From positions 17,404,171 to 17,468,170 of the forward strand of contig CM119263.1 in NCBI GenBank assembly GCA_051294375.1: a stretch of DNA of 64,000 bases, written 5' to 3'. Below, piece after piece: positions 31,834-46,359 of the stretch. Each line of letters opens with the position of its first letter. Positions within the stretch are counted from its first letter, which is position 1. The notes under the pieces are model-generated. The model was not told the origin of the DNA. It saw only the letters and a program-made list of their open reading frames with translations, and did no database searches. The position numbers and the translations under genes were made by a program. Origin of the DNA: Paraspadella gotoi (Eukaryota; Animalia; Chaetognatha).

Positions 31834-32558
31834 TTCCGATTTATTATGCTTTCCATCGGTCGATGGCTTTGATGATTCTTTGAATTCGAACTAAATAATT
31901 GCTTGGCCATCGAATAATTGCTTGGCCATCGAATGGACCGTCGCCTCAATTAAATGCACCAACGCAGGGACTTCATGCGGATCATAATGATTGCAAAACG
32001 TGCTTGCTATTTGAAAGTCAGCAAGTCGTCCCATTTTTTATTATTTTCCCTCCCAAATTACAAAGACAAGTTTTCCATTATGGTATGGTTGATTTCGTCT
32101 CTCTAAATATTTTGCGAAAATAAATTATGAGGTTTTAAGTTACCCACCTTGTAGTATAAGTTGACAAGTTCTTTATCGAATAAAATTGTGTTGTTTTTAA
32201 ACCGGTTACCATTTAAGTATAACAACGTAGAATGAAAATAAAAAATAAAAAAATAATGAATTAATATGTCACCTCTCAAAGGCTTCAACGCTTTAAATGG
32301 AACCGAAAATGGAACCACGATTTGATTCGCAAATTTGGAAGACGCGTTTTGAACGTTGGCGATAAGAACCACTTTATTTTGGCTGTCGTTGTTATTGTCA
32401 CGGTCGCTTAGGCTGTTGATGTTTTTGCCAACGTCGTCCTCATCGTCGTAGACGGTCGATCCTTTTGTTTCGTTTCGAGCGACGACGCCTCCGTGAGATG
32501 TCGCCATGAAAACAAAAGCCCCTATCGCGATTACGTAGTAAAAGAATTTGGCCACCAT
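29165..32558 (-). CDS. Secreted His-rich, acidic, low-complexity protein of unknown family, ~563 aa. Exons: 32558-32273, 31539-31412, 30888-30827, 30715-30151, 30043-29907, 29678-29165
   Basis: All five introns are GT-AG and phase-compatible (1, 0, 2, 0, 2), giving an open 1692-nt CDS. N-terminus MVAKFFYYVIAIGAFVFMATSHG is signal-like. Exon 2 encodes YHGHHSHHGHHSDHHSSHHTHHHTHY. The protein ends DESGEEDW*. Extra small exons in 31830-32100 cannot be excluded. Confidence 0.75.
30949..31178 (-). mobile_element. Diverged, independent copy of the same element, in intron 2 of the His-rich gene
   Basis: Minus strand reads ...GCGA GA CCGT CCGAGGG TAA CCGC GCC AGTGAC TGGAGGC GTCCCT GAGGG TCGG AAGC CCCC AAA GCCAACAG...; flanks unrelated to the 3576 locus; many substitutions, so it is not an assembly duplicate. 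Confidence 0.65.
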
Positions 32559-33065
32559 CTTCGTTGATTTATGAGATTATAGAATAAAAACTTAATACAA
32601 TCAGATTTATATTTTTTGCGGCGAATAGATGTACAAGTAGTTTCACGTCTTGTCGGTTATATTTTTCGCACAAAAAAAATGTGTGAAAAGAATTTTGATT
32701 TCGGTGTAATAAATTTGTTCCTTTCGACGGCGCGACGGCGAATCTTGGGAAAAGCTTTCGGACGAACTCGAACTTCCAGATGAAGGAGGGAAAAAAATTT
32801 TCGGATTTCCAGAAACCAAAAAGGTTTCGCTGTAAAGAACTTTCTTTTTTTCACCTCGTTTTTGGAGCATAAGGCATAAGAATAAGAATTACTATTTACA
32901 AAAATAAGTTTTAAATTCTTTTAATTTCGTTTTCCGACGCCTCGCTCATGCTTCATAAAAAATTAAAGTAAAAGATATAAATCCCTAAATTCATAGTAGG
33001 ATAATGAAAATAAAACTTAAGAACAATAAAAACGAATTTGAAGAAAAGAAGGATGGACGAGGATG

Positions 33066-33290
33066 AAATTACAACCCTACTTCCGGAATCGTTGTATTTG
33101 GCACCGGAGAGATTTCGTCAGGTGCCAAGAGGAAAGACAATGGCGCCGTCTTTGGCGTCAGCATTGTAGGCGGCATTAGCGACGGCATTGGCAACGGCAT
33201 TGGCGGCGGCATTGGCAACGGCATTGGCGGCGGGATCCGTGACGGCATTGGCGGCGGCTTTAACGACGGAATTCGAAACGACGGTGCAAT
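33066..33290. other. GC-rich coding-like island with a 12-nt repeat (GGCATTGGCGGC/AAC); strand and frame ambiguous
   Basis: Reads as PPPMPLPMPPPM (minus strand, after a TAG acceptor, ending ..PEVGL*), as AANAVANA (minus) or as GIGNGIGGG (plus). Confidence 0.35.
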
Positions 33291-35067
33291 CTACGACATC
33301 TAAGGCAACGAAGCCGAGCGGTTCCATTGGCGACATCTGCGCCAGCTCCCGCTACCGCCGAGCCATCTGAGTGAAACGGTTCATGGAGTGACATTTAAAA
33401 CGGCGTCAATCCCAAAGCAATTAGAAAGGAAATATTTAAATCGAAGGGAAATAATCCTCGAGTGAAAAACATCATTGACGCGAAATTTCAAATCTTGCAA
33501 CAAACTTTTCTTTACTTCTATTTATTTTTTAACGTAATAGGACTAGGTTGTGACTAAGTGGGACACTGCCGTAATTTTGATATAAAAAGGAATTTAAAAA
33601 AGTCTTTCTGCTTTTTGTTTAAATTTATTTATTTTTTTTCTCTTTGTTTTAATATCTTTTTGATTTCTTTTTTACTTCTTTATTTATTTGTCCCTTCTTT
33701 CTTTATTTCCTTATTTTTTTCTTTCTCTATTTCTTCTACTCTTTCTTTTCTCTTCACTTTCTTTTTTGTCTTTCTTTTCTTCTCGTTCATATTTCGGCCT
33801 CTGCCTTCCAATTTGTCTCCAGAGACTTTCGCAAACAAAAACAGAATAAGTGGATGGCAGACGGCGATGGCAGTTAGCGGCGGATGCCATTTCCGAGGCG
33901 CGTTGCCTTTTCGGGAAGCATGGCCGGATCTGAGTCTCTAAAATGCTGAAAGCGATATCGTTCGAAGGGAAAGTGCGGTCAGATATTAGTGGTTGTTGTT
34001 GGCGAAAGGGGAAGGAGTGAAGGAGGCGGGAAAGGGAAGGGGTTGTGCCCTGTTCCTGTTACGCCTAACACTCCCTTCCTCGGCGACATAATCATTCTAC
34101 GATTTCTAGATTTCGTTTTTTTTTTTTCTTTTCGTAAACTCATTTTTCATCTACGTCGGAAAATCCCTTCCTCTCGGGTTTTGATAAATAACTGGCGGAT
34201 CTGTCGTGAAAAACTTCACGCGTCACGTCGCCGGTGTCACGTAAATCAAATTAAATATTTTTCTCACGGACTTAATTTTTTTTATTAAAGCGACTGAAAT
34301 TTAAACGTATATAAAAATAGTAGCTTCACCCTCAGCTTCTCTCTTTCGAATCGGATCAAGTGTGATCAGATAAAGAATTTGCAATTCGGACGCGCGACGC
34401 CGAACCGTCTGAAGCGCCCAGGAGTATCACGACACGACGTCGAGCGTGGCAGCCTGACACGAAGTACGACAGCGTGATACTAAGTATCGCGACTTGTACA
34501 AGTTTGCATTTTTCATTTCCCGTTCGACAGCCTCGTTCGGTGTTTGGCTTCCGCTGACGTTCGGCTGCTGTGACGTTCTCAGTCGCGCGCACATTTTGCA
34601 CTGCATTTCACGTGCAAAACGTAGAGGGAAAATGGAGCATTGCTCATTGGCTGGAAATAAACGATTCAAGGCGGTCTTAGAAAGTTCTATTTTCATTCCA
34701 TTGTGTTAACGAATAAACTAATAAGTATCGGATAATGTTTTTGGTAATGATTAACATTTATGGATATTGGGGAAGTAATATACCAATCTACGTCTCCAGC
34801 CAATCAGCCTGTTCGGATACTCTTTTAAACGACGGATAACGTGACCGCGCGGATGTCGTCAACCAGTTTGACGTAATCGACTAATCAGAGCGCGGCTTTT
34901 CCATCACGGACCAATCCAACGTCGGATGGAGCCTCAGCCGACGAGATTTTTTGTGAAAGCGCGCGCGACAGAGAGAGGGAGAGAGAGAGAGTGAGAAAGA
35001 AAGAGAGAGAAGGGGAGAGAGAGAAAGTAGAGCAGAATTGCTTCTGCCATGGCGCCTGTCAGAGATG

Positions 35068-35143
<76 letters not shown>

Positions 35144-35465
35144 GTGATACCTCAGGATTGGACATTCTGGGAGGAGGAGGAAGAAGAAGAGGATAACATA
35201 AGTGAAAGATTCTATCGAGATTGTTCGTTCTTTTTCGGATTATATTCTCACGCATTTTTCTCGATCTCTCTCTCTCCCTCTTTCTCACTCTCTCTCTATC
35301 TGATTCAGTCTTTTTTTTTATTCCTCTCTTCGTCTGAATATTTTTTCTCCAATCTGCTCATTCTGCTCATCTTATCAGTGTACTCGTGCCTCGTGCATCC
35401 CTTTATCCCGACGGTGATATTCCATCCCGGTGAAAGAAACTCTCTCTCTCTCTCTCTGCTCTCTC

Positions 35466-35540
<75 letters not shown>

Positions 35541-35918
35541 ATTCTGCAGCTTCCTAGACCACGGATGTCGGTTCATCGAGAACCGGCCCATAATCTTTCG
35601 TTATTTTTTTCTCGTCTGGGCGTCGCGATTTTGGAATTGTGTAAACCAAAGAGACATTAAATATGATGGAGACATAACTAGAGCTATCTGCCTGCAAGGA
35701 AAAAGCGACGTTTTTAACAGAAAACCACAATTAAATTACTTAAACATTCACTGGGTTTTTTTCTTCAATCTTTCTACTGTTTTTCGTTTTGGGAATTCGA
35801 AGTCCTCACAGCCCCGCCGGTTGGCGAGCCGAACGCCTGTCGAAGGGACCGATACGCAGTCCTGAACTAATAGCTCTTATTGACAAAAAGATAAAGGCCT
35901 AAGGAGAACCATGAGACA

Positions 35919-36018
<100 letters not shown>

Positions 36019-36885
36019 ATTAGGTTTTTGACGAAAAAAAAAACTTGTCCCGAAAACAAATAAAAACAAAAGAACGCCGAAAAAAGCTAAAGATAAGTGC
36101 AGCTACTAAAAAGTTAACGTTGCAACTGGCACTAACACAGCATCTAAACAAAAAAAAGGCCATTTTATCGAAACAACGTATTTTTCTCCTCGGGACGGCG
36201 TCTCCACTTTCCGGGCGGACGGGAAGGATATAAATGAGGTGAGCGACAAGGAGAGTCCCGCTCAATCTCGTCCGCTCGACCTTTCGACTTCGCTTCGAGT
36301 GAATTCGGTTCACGTGACTCGATATCACGTGACATTCCCTTCTCGCTTCACGTCTCTTCTCGTCGCTTTATATCATCGAGAGCATTGGCTGGCTTCGAGT
36401 TACTTTCCATTTCGTGGTTCCTCTAATCGCGTTTCACCTCACATGTGGATGACATTGAGCGTCGACGCTTAATGAGGCTCACGTTTTTAGGACTCGGTTT
36501 TTCTTCGACCATAAATTGACAAAATATAAATATGAGAATTCAAATAATTCAATCCTATTTACTTTTTTTTCTTGCTGTTTGTTCAATATGAATCTATTTC
36601 TTACGCAACATTTTTTAGTTCACAACAAAATTCACGATGAACAAAATCAATATTTTAAAGATTTTTTTTTCTTGCCGCGTTGTAAAAAAAAAAGATTCAG
36701 CGCACAAAATTATTTTGAATTATCGTTCATTGTACTGCGGAGAGACAAGTTAACGTCGGTTGCGCCCAGCTGCGTTTTAAAATGGAAAGCTTCAGGCATG
36801 GCTGTCATTCTGGTATAGAAAGTAAAGAAAGAGAGCTATAGAGAGAGTTAGACAAAGAAAGCAAGAAAGAGAGAGAGTGAGATAA

Positions 36886-36932
<47 letters not shown>

Positions 36933-38296
36933 AGAAGAAGATGGGGGGAATTCAAGCGACGTTGAATTTGAACTCAACTTGAATTTAAATCTCGAGTTTC
37001 TTTTGTTTCCGGTTAATTTTCCTTCTTTCGTCGTGATTATTCTTTTTATTTCTTAGCTCATGAGTCATATTCCCTTTCAAGCTCGCCACTTGATCAACTC
37101 GTTTAATTTCAAGTACAATTAATTTCATAAAAAGCCTAAAGATATTAGACGCACGATTAGACGAAATTGTTTTAGTTGTAGCTTGAAGTTGAAATTTGAG
37201 AAAATAATTATTTTGATTTAGTATTAGCTTCGTTTCGATGGTTCAAATTACATGTGTTAACGAGCGCAACTGTCTTTGATCAATGTCCAATAATAAATAA
37301 TTCATTACAACATCAGGTTCGATTATGGTGTGACTGGCGCTCACATGTCTAAAAGAGGAACGAAAGAAAAAAAAAACCCTCTTTCGGAACAAAATGCAGA
37401 CTCAGCGAAATGTCAGTCACGGGATAACAAAAAGCTCAATGAAAAGCGTGTCGCTGCGTGTCTCTTCGTGACACAAAAAGGAAACACCACCAATCTGTCC
37501 AATAACAATTTCGACCACCATCGATATTTAACCACAATTAGGACAACCACAATCACTCCACCACCACAACGGTCACCACAATGAGAGATGACAACGATCG
37601 AAATCGTTGGGTGTCTGTCATATGCATAATGTATAATGCATCGCGTTGACCCGGTTAAATCGCACAGATTAACGCTCTGAGAGAGTTCAGCGCCAAAGGT
37701 CATTTCACTGTCAAGTTGGGGTCGTTGTCGTCGTCGTCGTCTTTGTCGTCGATCAGGCTTTTATTTTAACTGAAGAAACGTCTTTTTCTGTTACCATTAA
37801 TGGGGGATTGATCAGTCTGTCGGACTGTATCACTTTCTGTCTGTCCGTCTTTCTCTTTCTTAGTCTTTCTTACTGTTCTTGTTTTCTTGTTAACTCAACT
37901 CAATTAACAAATATTAATTCTGAAAGATTGCAATGTCGAGGAAAACTGCCTTCGATGCCCGGGGAGTGGGGGCCTCTGGGGCATCTCACCTTCGTCGCTG
38001 AAACCCTAATGCTTGTCGGGAACACAGGACCCAGACCCTGGGCCAAGGTTGGTCAATGACCAATGGTCCTTACCGATGTAAAAAATCGAGTAATGAGACT
38101 ATGATATCCCGTCACACCGTTTTCTGTTCGATATTGAATATGGAAAAAGAATAATCCAAGGAAGCAATTCATCTTCATAATGCTATCTTCAATGTAACTT
38201 GATTAATGCTCTGGTTGATTATTGGAAAAATGTAGGTCAATGGCATTTTTTAATCTTACAGCAATTTTTCTTTTATGTTCCGGACTCCAACTTAAT

Positions 38297-38367
<71 letters not shown>

Positions 38368-38676
38368 TTCTCGTTAAAAACTAGTACCACGAGAAATCCA
38401 ATGAAACTCCACATCCGTTCCTCTATGATAGGGTATAGAGCTGACAATTTCTCCACATTTACATGTCTAATTTTTGCCATCTTTTTCTTTTTATCGAGTT
38501 TTTCGTCGTCTTCGCCGTCGTTTCTGTCGTCGTCCTTTTTTTTCGCCCCATTTCTTACGGGTAGTTTATGGCCTGAAGCGAGCGAAATTTTTCATCACAT
38601 TCCGTTTTTATAACTTTCTTTGTCATATCCTTCCTTTCGTTACTCGTTAGCCTTTTGAAATTTTTTTGTCTGTCTG

Positions 38677-38760
<84 letters not shown>

Positions 38761-41351
38761 TCCTTCTTTCCTTACAATGTCCTAAGTTGAGATAATTTAC
38801 AACAAATAATCTCATTACTTTTCTTTCAGGAAAATGTAAATAAAAAAGTAAAACAAAATTAAAAAACTCAAAAATCTAATTTCTACAAGGATTGAATACA
38901 AATTTCAAGTAAAAAAAAATAAAAAAACAAATTGTATCTCGTTTCGTTCGTCTTCTTTTTTTTTTTTACTTTGACTCTTGGAATATGTAAATCAAGGAAC
39001 AAGGAAACAAGCTTCGCAAAAAAAAACAAAAAACAAAAACAAAAAAACGTTATTCACCGCGACGCAAAATTGACGACAAAACAAACGAAAAAAAAAAATC
39101 TGGCGAATGCGCGACTTGACGACGTTGACGCTGGCGGCGTTGACGTTCGTCACGCCGACGTCGATGACGCAAATTGATGAAAGTGACCGAGTCTTAACAT
39201 CAAGGACGAAGTCGACGCCAATGACGCGACCCTGACGTCTCCGACTTCCGACGCCTAAAAAAGAAGATGGCGTCTCGATTCTCGGTTTCGCGTTGAATCT
39301 CGAAATTTGAATTTATATTTTTTATGTTCGGCGCTAGGACGGGTTACATAAGAGCCAGCGGGGATTCGGACGTTGATCAAACGGATATCGCGCCAATGTA
39401 AAGGTGTGGGCCGCGCGTCTGAGCGAGATTCTGTAATGCAATGGCTTATGTGCGGAGATAGGATGAGAGATAGTGGGTGGTAGAATGATCAGGATGATGT
39501 ATGAGCGTGCTGAGGAAGGTAGGTTGAGTGGTGTGTTGGTTAGGAGGTGTGAGGCAATATTCGTGAGGATGGAGCACGTTGGTGCCGGGAGCAATTAAAG
39601 GCCAACGGTCCGCGTAGCGCGCGCGCGTCGATTAAGCGTCACTGAAGCGTAAGGTCCCTGTCTTTTTCAAAACGCCATCTGTCCGGTTTTAGCGCCGGAC
39701 GTATGAAGTTAGGTGGATTAATGACCTATTTAATGTTTTTTAAAAAAAAAAATTGGAATAAATTGTATCGCTAATTGGAGGACTGTACTGGATCAGGGAG
39801 TATCGCAAAGAAAAAATGATTAAAATATAGAACTAAAATTTAATAAAACTTTGCTATTATGCGGAAATGGATGGAGTGTGACCTCGTAATTATTGAATCA
39901 TTGTCGGTAACTCTTGCCGTCCAATGTGGATACATGTTTTTTAAAAAGAGATGGGTAAAATTTAGATAATTAATTATGATAGTATGTACTTTGTAATTTA
40001 GTAGCATAAGGATAAAAAATTTTTAAAAAAAAATATATGTGATATAAGGATAAAAAATATTCAAATTGAAAGAGCCAAAAACTATCATTTATATATCTTA
40101 TGTCTAAACATTTTAGTATATCACGTGAACCTATAACATTTTTCGGAAAAAGTTATGTGATATTTATTCTTCCTGCCACCAGTGCACCAGTGCACCATTC
40201 CCCAGTGCCACTCTCACGTTTCACTGCTTAGTTCTCATGCCTCAGAGAGATGCCAAGCAAAATTCGCGGCAAATTCAGGATTTATAGTTTTCGGTACCAG
40301 ACCGGTAAGCAGCGGTCTGACTTGCAATACCGACGACAGTAAGAAAGACGACGAAGACTGAAAAACACCGAGAGGCTTGTGACGACGACGACGATGTGAT
40401 GATGATCTAGATTTTTTTAAAGAATGATAATCGAGAAAAAGATAATCGAGTAAACTAACGACGTTGGCGAGAAAACGAGATTTTTGTTGCAAACAAAGAT
40501 GATAAGCGACGTTAGCTGACAAAAAAAAAAAAAAAACGCAGTGAAAATAATGGCGGAGGCGGCCATGTTGTTTAGTAGGAATATTTTAAAAATACCATCC
40601 AAGAAAGAACATATAATAATATAATAACTTAGTTTACAATCATTATGGTATTGTATTTCAATTGGACGAAACGTTACCCGTTCGTACACGCCTCTACAGT
40701 GAGAGTCGGAGCTTTCCTCGAGCCAAGTCGTTTCGCTTTTCAAACGTAACTCTCAATATTTTAAACTGGAAACAAAATAAACGAAAACGACCAATATTTT
40801 TCTTCGGATTCTTTCCTTTCGAAACAATGAAATCGCCGGCAAATAAAATTCTAAAAGAATAAAGTGGGAGAAAAAAAAAAGAATGAGATAGAGAAAACGG
40901 GAAAATTTCTTCTTCTCCTATGGGATAAATTATGGATTGGGCGTCGATATTAAATTCTTTTCTCTGAAAACCGGAAGCTAAAACCTCGACGCGAACGTGA
41001 ACCGCACGAGGATGTGGAGTCGTGAGTATATGTGAGACGAAGAGAAAGCGTCACGTAGCGTCACTTGGCGTCAAACAGCGTCAAACGTCGTCGCCGTCTT
41101 CCGAATGTCAGGAGGGGCCGACCTATTCTAAGCCATTTGGAAGATTCCATCGAAAAAGCTTTAAAATCCCGAAGATGAATTGACAGAGTCGGTCTTCAAT
41201 TGCGACCTTTGTCATTGCTTACCTCTTCAATTTTCCTCTTGCTCTCTTGTCTCTTGCTTTTTCTCTATCTTGGTCTGTATCTGACCTGCTTATCTCCACT
41301 CGACGTCTTACCCCCTTCCCCGCCATCCAATCCAATTACATTCAACGGATC

Positions 41352-41439
<88 letters not shown>

Positions 41440-43068
41440 CTAATGCGAATCTAATTAAACCGGGACCTCGCTACCATTTTTCGTATTTTGACTCTCTCTC
41501 GTTTGGAATCTCAGTCAAACGCGCGGTTATCCTATTCTCTGTTGCGACTAATGAATGAATGAAAAAAACTCCCCCCTCCTACTCGCCTTGGCCTTGCGCT
41601 CGCTCTCTATCTCTCTTCATTCACTCTCTCTCCCTCTTTTTCTTATCGGCTTGTCCTTTCGAAGAGAACGCGATTTTCGGCGATGACGTCAGCGTCTCTC
41701 TCTAGTTTTTTTATTCGCAATTTATTTTCTTTCTATCCATTCATTTCTCCGAGAAGGATGCGCTTTTGTTAGCGACTTCGAACCCTCTGGCGACTCTCAA
41801 TAATACCCGATCCGTCTCAGTAACCCATAAATTTAAAACGAAATTAAAAATTGGGAGGACAAATAAAAACAAAGAAAAAACATTTTTTGACCAATGTTGT
41901 GAACATAATATACGCAAAGTCTACTACTTAGAAAACATCCGGTCTGAGGAGGTTTTTTTTTCCTTTTTTATTGATCTTTAGGCCCCAAATTAGGAAAACG
42001 AGGAGGAGAGCGAGGAGAAGAGACGGGCATTCCGCCACAGAGAAAATCTGCGCAAGCTGAGCCCAAGCAGAATTAAACCAAAAAAAAAGGGAAAAAAAAC
42101 CTGAGAGAGCTATTTCACTGACTTATTTGCTGGAAGAGCAATATACTTAAGATGGGCTTGAAATAAAGAAAACGTCTCTCAAAGAAATGAGAGGAACGCT
42201 GACTGGTCGACAGATTTGACCAATCAGGGGAAATTGATAACAACTACTACTGACGTCGAACCTTCCGAATTTTTATCGAAATTTCATAGCAACAATTTCT
42301 CTTACTTTTGGACGAATTTTATTGACAATCAACAACGAGGACGTCACCATGTTGCATCTTCGTCGAATCAAAAATATTCGTTTATCAATTGAAATTTTTA
42401 AAACATGATTTAAAATTATAAATTTAGCAACAGAGCTGAACGCGCCAACGACAAATACCGGCCAAAAAAAATCACGCAATTGCAGACCGTAAGAAAAAGG
42501 ATTTCAGTTACTTTTTTATTTCACATTTCTTTCATCTTTGTTTAATTAAAAACGATAAAAAAAGTTATAAAAGGACTAACACCGGCAATAACAATCGAGA
42601 CTCACATCGCCTAAATTCAACGAAAAAAAAATAAAAACCCGTTTAAACTTTCAAACGAAACGAAACTAAAGAAACAAACAAAAACTATATAAGCGTCAAC
42701 AACTAAAAAAAAAAAGAATAAAAGTATACTTAATAAACGTGATATATCTTAACATTATATATTAACGTAATTTCATTGTATTCCCCTCTTCGCGCTCGGG
42801 TGGCGCGAGTTAAAACTTAAAAAAAAAAGAAACAAAAGGCCTCCGTCGCTCTTTTTCGTCTTCTTCGTCGTCCCCCATTCGTCGTCGGCTATCGTCACGG
42901 CCGCGACGATTCTCACGAAAGCCTTCCACTCGATCTCGTCGTCGGTCTCACAGTCGAGTCACGTCCGAATCAGACTGTCGTCAGTCACGGAATACGGCAT
43001 GTCAGGGAAACGGTCGGCGCCAAAGCGGTAAGGAAAACGACGCCATCCTCATCTTTCTCTCTCTCTCT

Positions 43069-43141
<73 letters not shown>

Positions 43142-43392
43142 AAATCACCCAGACATTCTAAAATAGGTTTTCTACATTGATTAATGTCACTTAATTTCTA
43201 AATTGAATATCTATGTTAGCTGATTGAACAGATTTGAACAAATAAGCAGAGTCTTTAGTGATAATCTGTTACGCTTTTACAAGTAAGATATCATGAATTT
43301 ACACAAAAAACAAAAAGACCCCTTAGACGTACACGTTGCTTGTCCAGGTCATATACTGTATTCAATTCATTCAATTCAATTCAATTCAATTC

Positions 43393-43455
<63 letters not shown>

Positions 43456-43520
43456 TCTCTCTCCCTCTCTTTCTAAAACCCCCCCCTCCCCCCAAAAACC
43501 CCCCCAAAAACCCCCCCCAG

Positions 43521-43722
43521 GGCAACGTCTCCCCAATTCATTCCCCCTGTGTCGATTCCCACGAACACGGAGGCCCTCAAGTCGTCGGTGACGACCCTCT
43601 CCTCCAAACTCGCCTCTTCGACCAACATCAACAACATCGTCGACGGCGGCGTGGGCGGCGTCGGTGGCGCCGCAAATGGCGGCGTCGGCGCTAAAAACGG
43701 AAGCGACGCCAAGAAGGAGGAG
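43521..43722 (+). CDS. Probable internal exon (..SIPTNTEALKSSVTTLSSKLASSTNINNIVDGGVGGVGGAANGGVGAKNGSDAKKEE) of an unidentified gene
   Basis: CCCCAG acceptor and GAG|GTGAGC donor; GC-rich island. A candidate upstream Arg/Ser-rich exon (~42840-43027) ends at a GTAAGG donor. Confidence 0.45.
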
Positions 43723-46359
43723 GTGAGCGAGTGGAATGAGGAAATTGGGGGGGGGGAGAGTTTGTCTGTCTCATATAATTCATCCGTTCATTTATCAATT
43801 CACTCATGCCTTCATTCTTTGGTGCATTCATCAATTCATTCATAAATTTCTTAATTTCAACCTTCTCTTCATTAACTTCTCGGCGTTTTCATATCGGAAA
43901 TCTTCTTTTTCTTTTATTTTTTTTTTCTCTCGACATTTCTTTCAATTCTTTCCCATGTTCATTTTGACCCAGTTTCCCGAACGTCTTCGATTTTCTCGCC
44001 TCTTTCTTTTTCTTCTTTCTTTTTTCTTCCATTCTTCCTCCGCTTTTGATCTTTCTTCTTTTTTATCTTTCCATTCTCTTTATTAGATCTCTGTTTTCTT
44101 ACTTTGTTGTTTTTCACTCTATATTCTTTCTCTATTAAAATTTAAAAATTGCAAAATTGCAAAATATTCATTATCACTTTCTCCTCTTCCTCTAACTTTC
44201 CTTTCTTTCTCTTTTTCTTCCTCCTCATTCTTTTTTCCTCTATTTTCTTTCCTCCTTCCTCCTCTTTCTTTTACCTCCTTTTTTTTTCTCTCTTTTCTTC
44301 CTTCCTCCCCTCTACCGGACAGAGAGTTCGATCCTTCCGGTTTTTAACCATTTTTCTCTTTGAAAAAAAAAAAAGAAAAAAAAAAGAAAGAGCCAATTAG
44401 GCTCCCGCGGACTTTCCGTTAGATATCGAGAACGAGGGACTTTTCCTCGTTTCCTTCCCACGGGGTGCAAAGTCCCAAGCCGTGCCTTGTCTTAACCGAG
44501 AGGAAACTTTAATCTTGTCTCATTTTAATTATCAAATTCGTTGCCCCGTCCCAGTCTTATTTTGAGACCCTGTAATTTCGTGACGATTTTGGTTAATACC
44601 AAAAGCATCTAAATTACCGTTTCTCAAATGACCCTTTCTCCGATGAGTCATCTACCGAGAGCCAAGCATTGCTTGTTTGTTTNNNNNNNNNNCATAAAAC
44701 GTTTGCCATGTTCTTCCCTTAGTGCCGTTTTTATATAACGTTTCCCTCTCCTGCTGTTTCCTCTTTGCTGGTTTTTTTATATTCTTTTTTTTTTTTTTTG
44801 TTTCTCCTTTTTTTCTTCCTTTGCGGTTTTGCGATTCTGATGCAAGCGAGTTAAAGAGTTCCAGTCTCAGAATCGCGTGCTTACGTTGATTCCATTATTG
44901 AAGTTGAAACATTTTCCTTTTCTCTTTTCTCGTTGCACTTTAATAATTATATTTTACAAAATGGTATAATTATAACCTCAAAACGAAAATTGCCGGACAG
45001 CAAGAGCTCGCCTAACGTGTCTCTCACCCAAGAACTTCTTTCCGTTCAACGCTTTAATTCTCTCTCGAAAGACGACTTCTTTTTATTCTCATCTTTTAAA
45101 GACATTTTTGGCCTCTCAACCTCCAGGTCCCCCTCTCCCTCTCTCCGCCATTTTCTTCTCGCCAAACCGATTCGTCCATCCGCGAGACTTTAAACCACCT
45201 CCGCCCCCCACCTCCCCCCTCCCCTCTCGAAGCAACTGATCCTTTCAGTTATTCCTCCACGCAAACCGTGGGTCTTTCGCTAATACTCTTGAGACACGGT
45301 AGCTGCCGGCCTCTGAGCTCTGAGCAGCGAGCAACAGATCCTTCAGTCAGGAACTGGGTTCGGAAAATATTTTGGTTGGATTCCAGACGATAGAGATTCT
45401 GAGAGATAAAATGAAAATATGAATTGATGAGATTATATACTGTAATACTAATTTTTTACTCCCGTTTTAAACTGATTATCAACATTTTGTTGGAATTAAC
45501 TATTAGTTAAAATTGGGGCAGCTGGAATCTATTTAGATTTGAAAAGTTGTCTTGACGCACATCTGTCCTTTCGTCGTATGCCATGACATTCTCCCACGAA
45601 GCCTAAGACAAGGCCGCCGTTGGCGACGACGACGACGACGACGACTTCGAATGTGACGACGATTTCGCTATTTGATTAAAAAAAAGAAGAAAGAAGGAAG
45701 CTGAGAAAAGCTGAAAAAAAAAGCTAAAATAGAAGAAAGAGATAAAAGAAACTTCCGTCGCCATTTTGGAAATTCGGAGGGAAATTTGTTTCTGTACCGA
45801 GATCGACGCAAACGAACCAAAACAAAGGAAATCGCTGGGAGATTAATGTGTTCGGCGAATACGTTCAAATATTAAAAAAAAAAAAACTAATCTCAACACA
45901 AGCAAGACTCGAACAGCACGGACAGCACTCGAAAGAAAGAAAGAATACGAAGAAACAAAAAAAAAAACTCAACAAAAGATGCGAATTCACATAAAAGAAG
46001 AAAAAAAAAGGGCCCACGAAAACAAACCCACAACAAAAGTCGAAATCTAAAAAAATAATTTATCCTTGGAATTCTGGAAATGATGTTTTGATGTTTTGAT
46101 TCTTCTCTCCCCTTCTCTGCCTGGAACCGAAAAAAAAACAACAAAATAACGAGGTTACTGGTTAAAAAAAGAAAAAGAAAGAAAATAATAACAAAAACTC
46201 TCGAAATCCTCCAAATAGGAAAAGATGGAGTAGATCAACGCCCTGACCTTTTATTTCATTTCTTCGTCGTTATTTGAAGTCGCGGGAAAAAAAAACCAAA
46301 GAGATTTTGTGGATGAGAATTTTTTCGCTTCGTCTAATTGATCGATCGATCGGAGTAAG

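Noticed and set aside
31642-31932. Short tandem duplications (31642-31730 vs 31733-31850; 19-mer at 31895-31932)
   Set aside because: Local intronic slippage next to a (GA)n tract, with no further structure.
39314-39660. G-rich stretch with ORF 39334-39594
   Set aside because: No recognisable motif or splice signals; probably a noisy patch.
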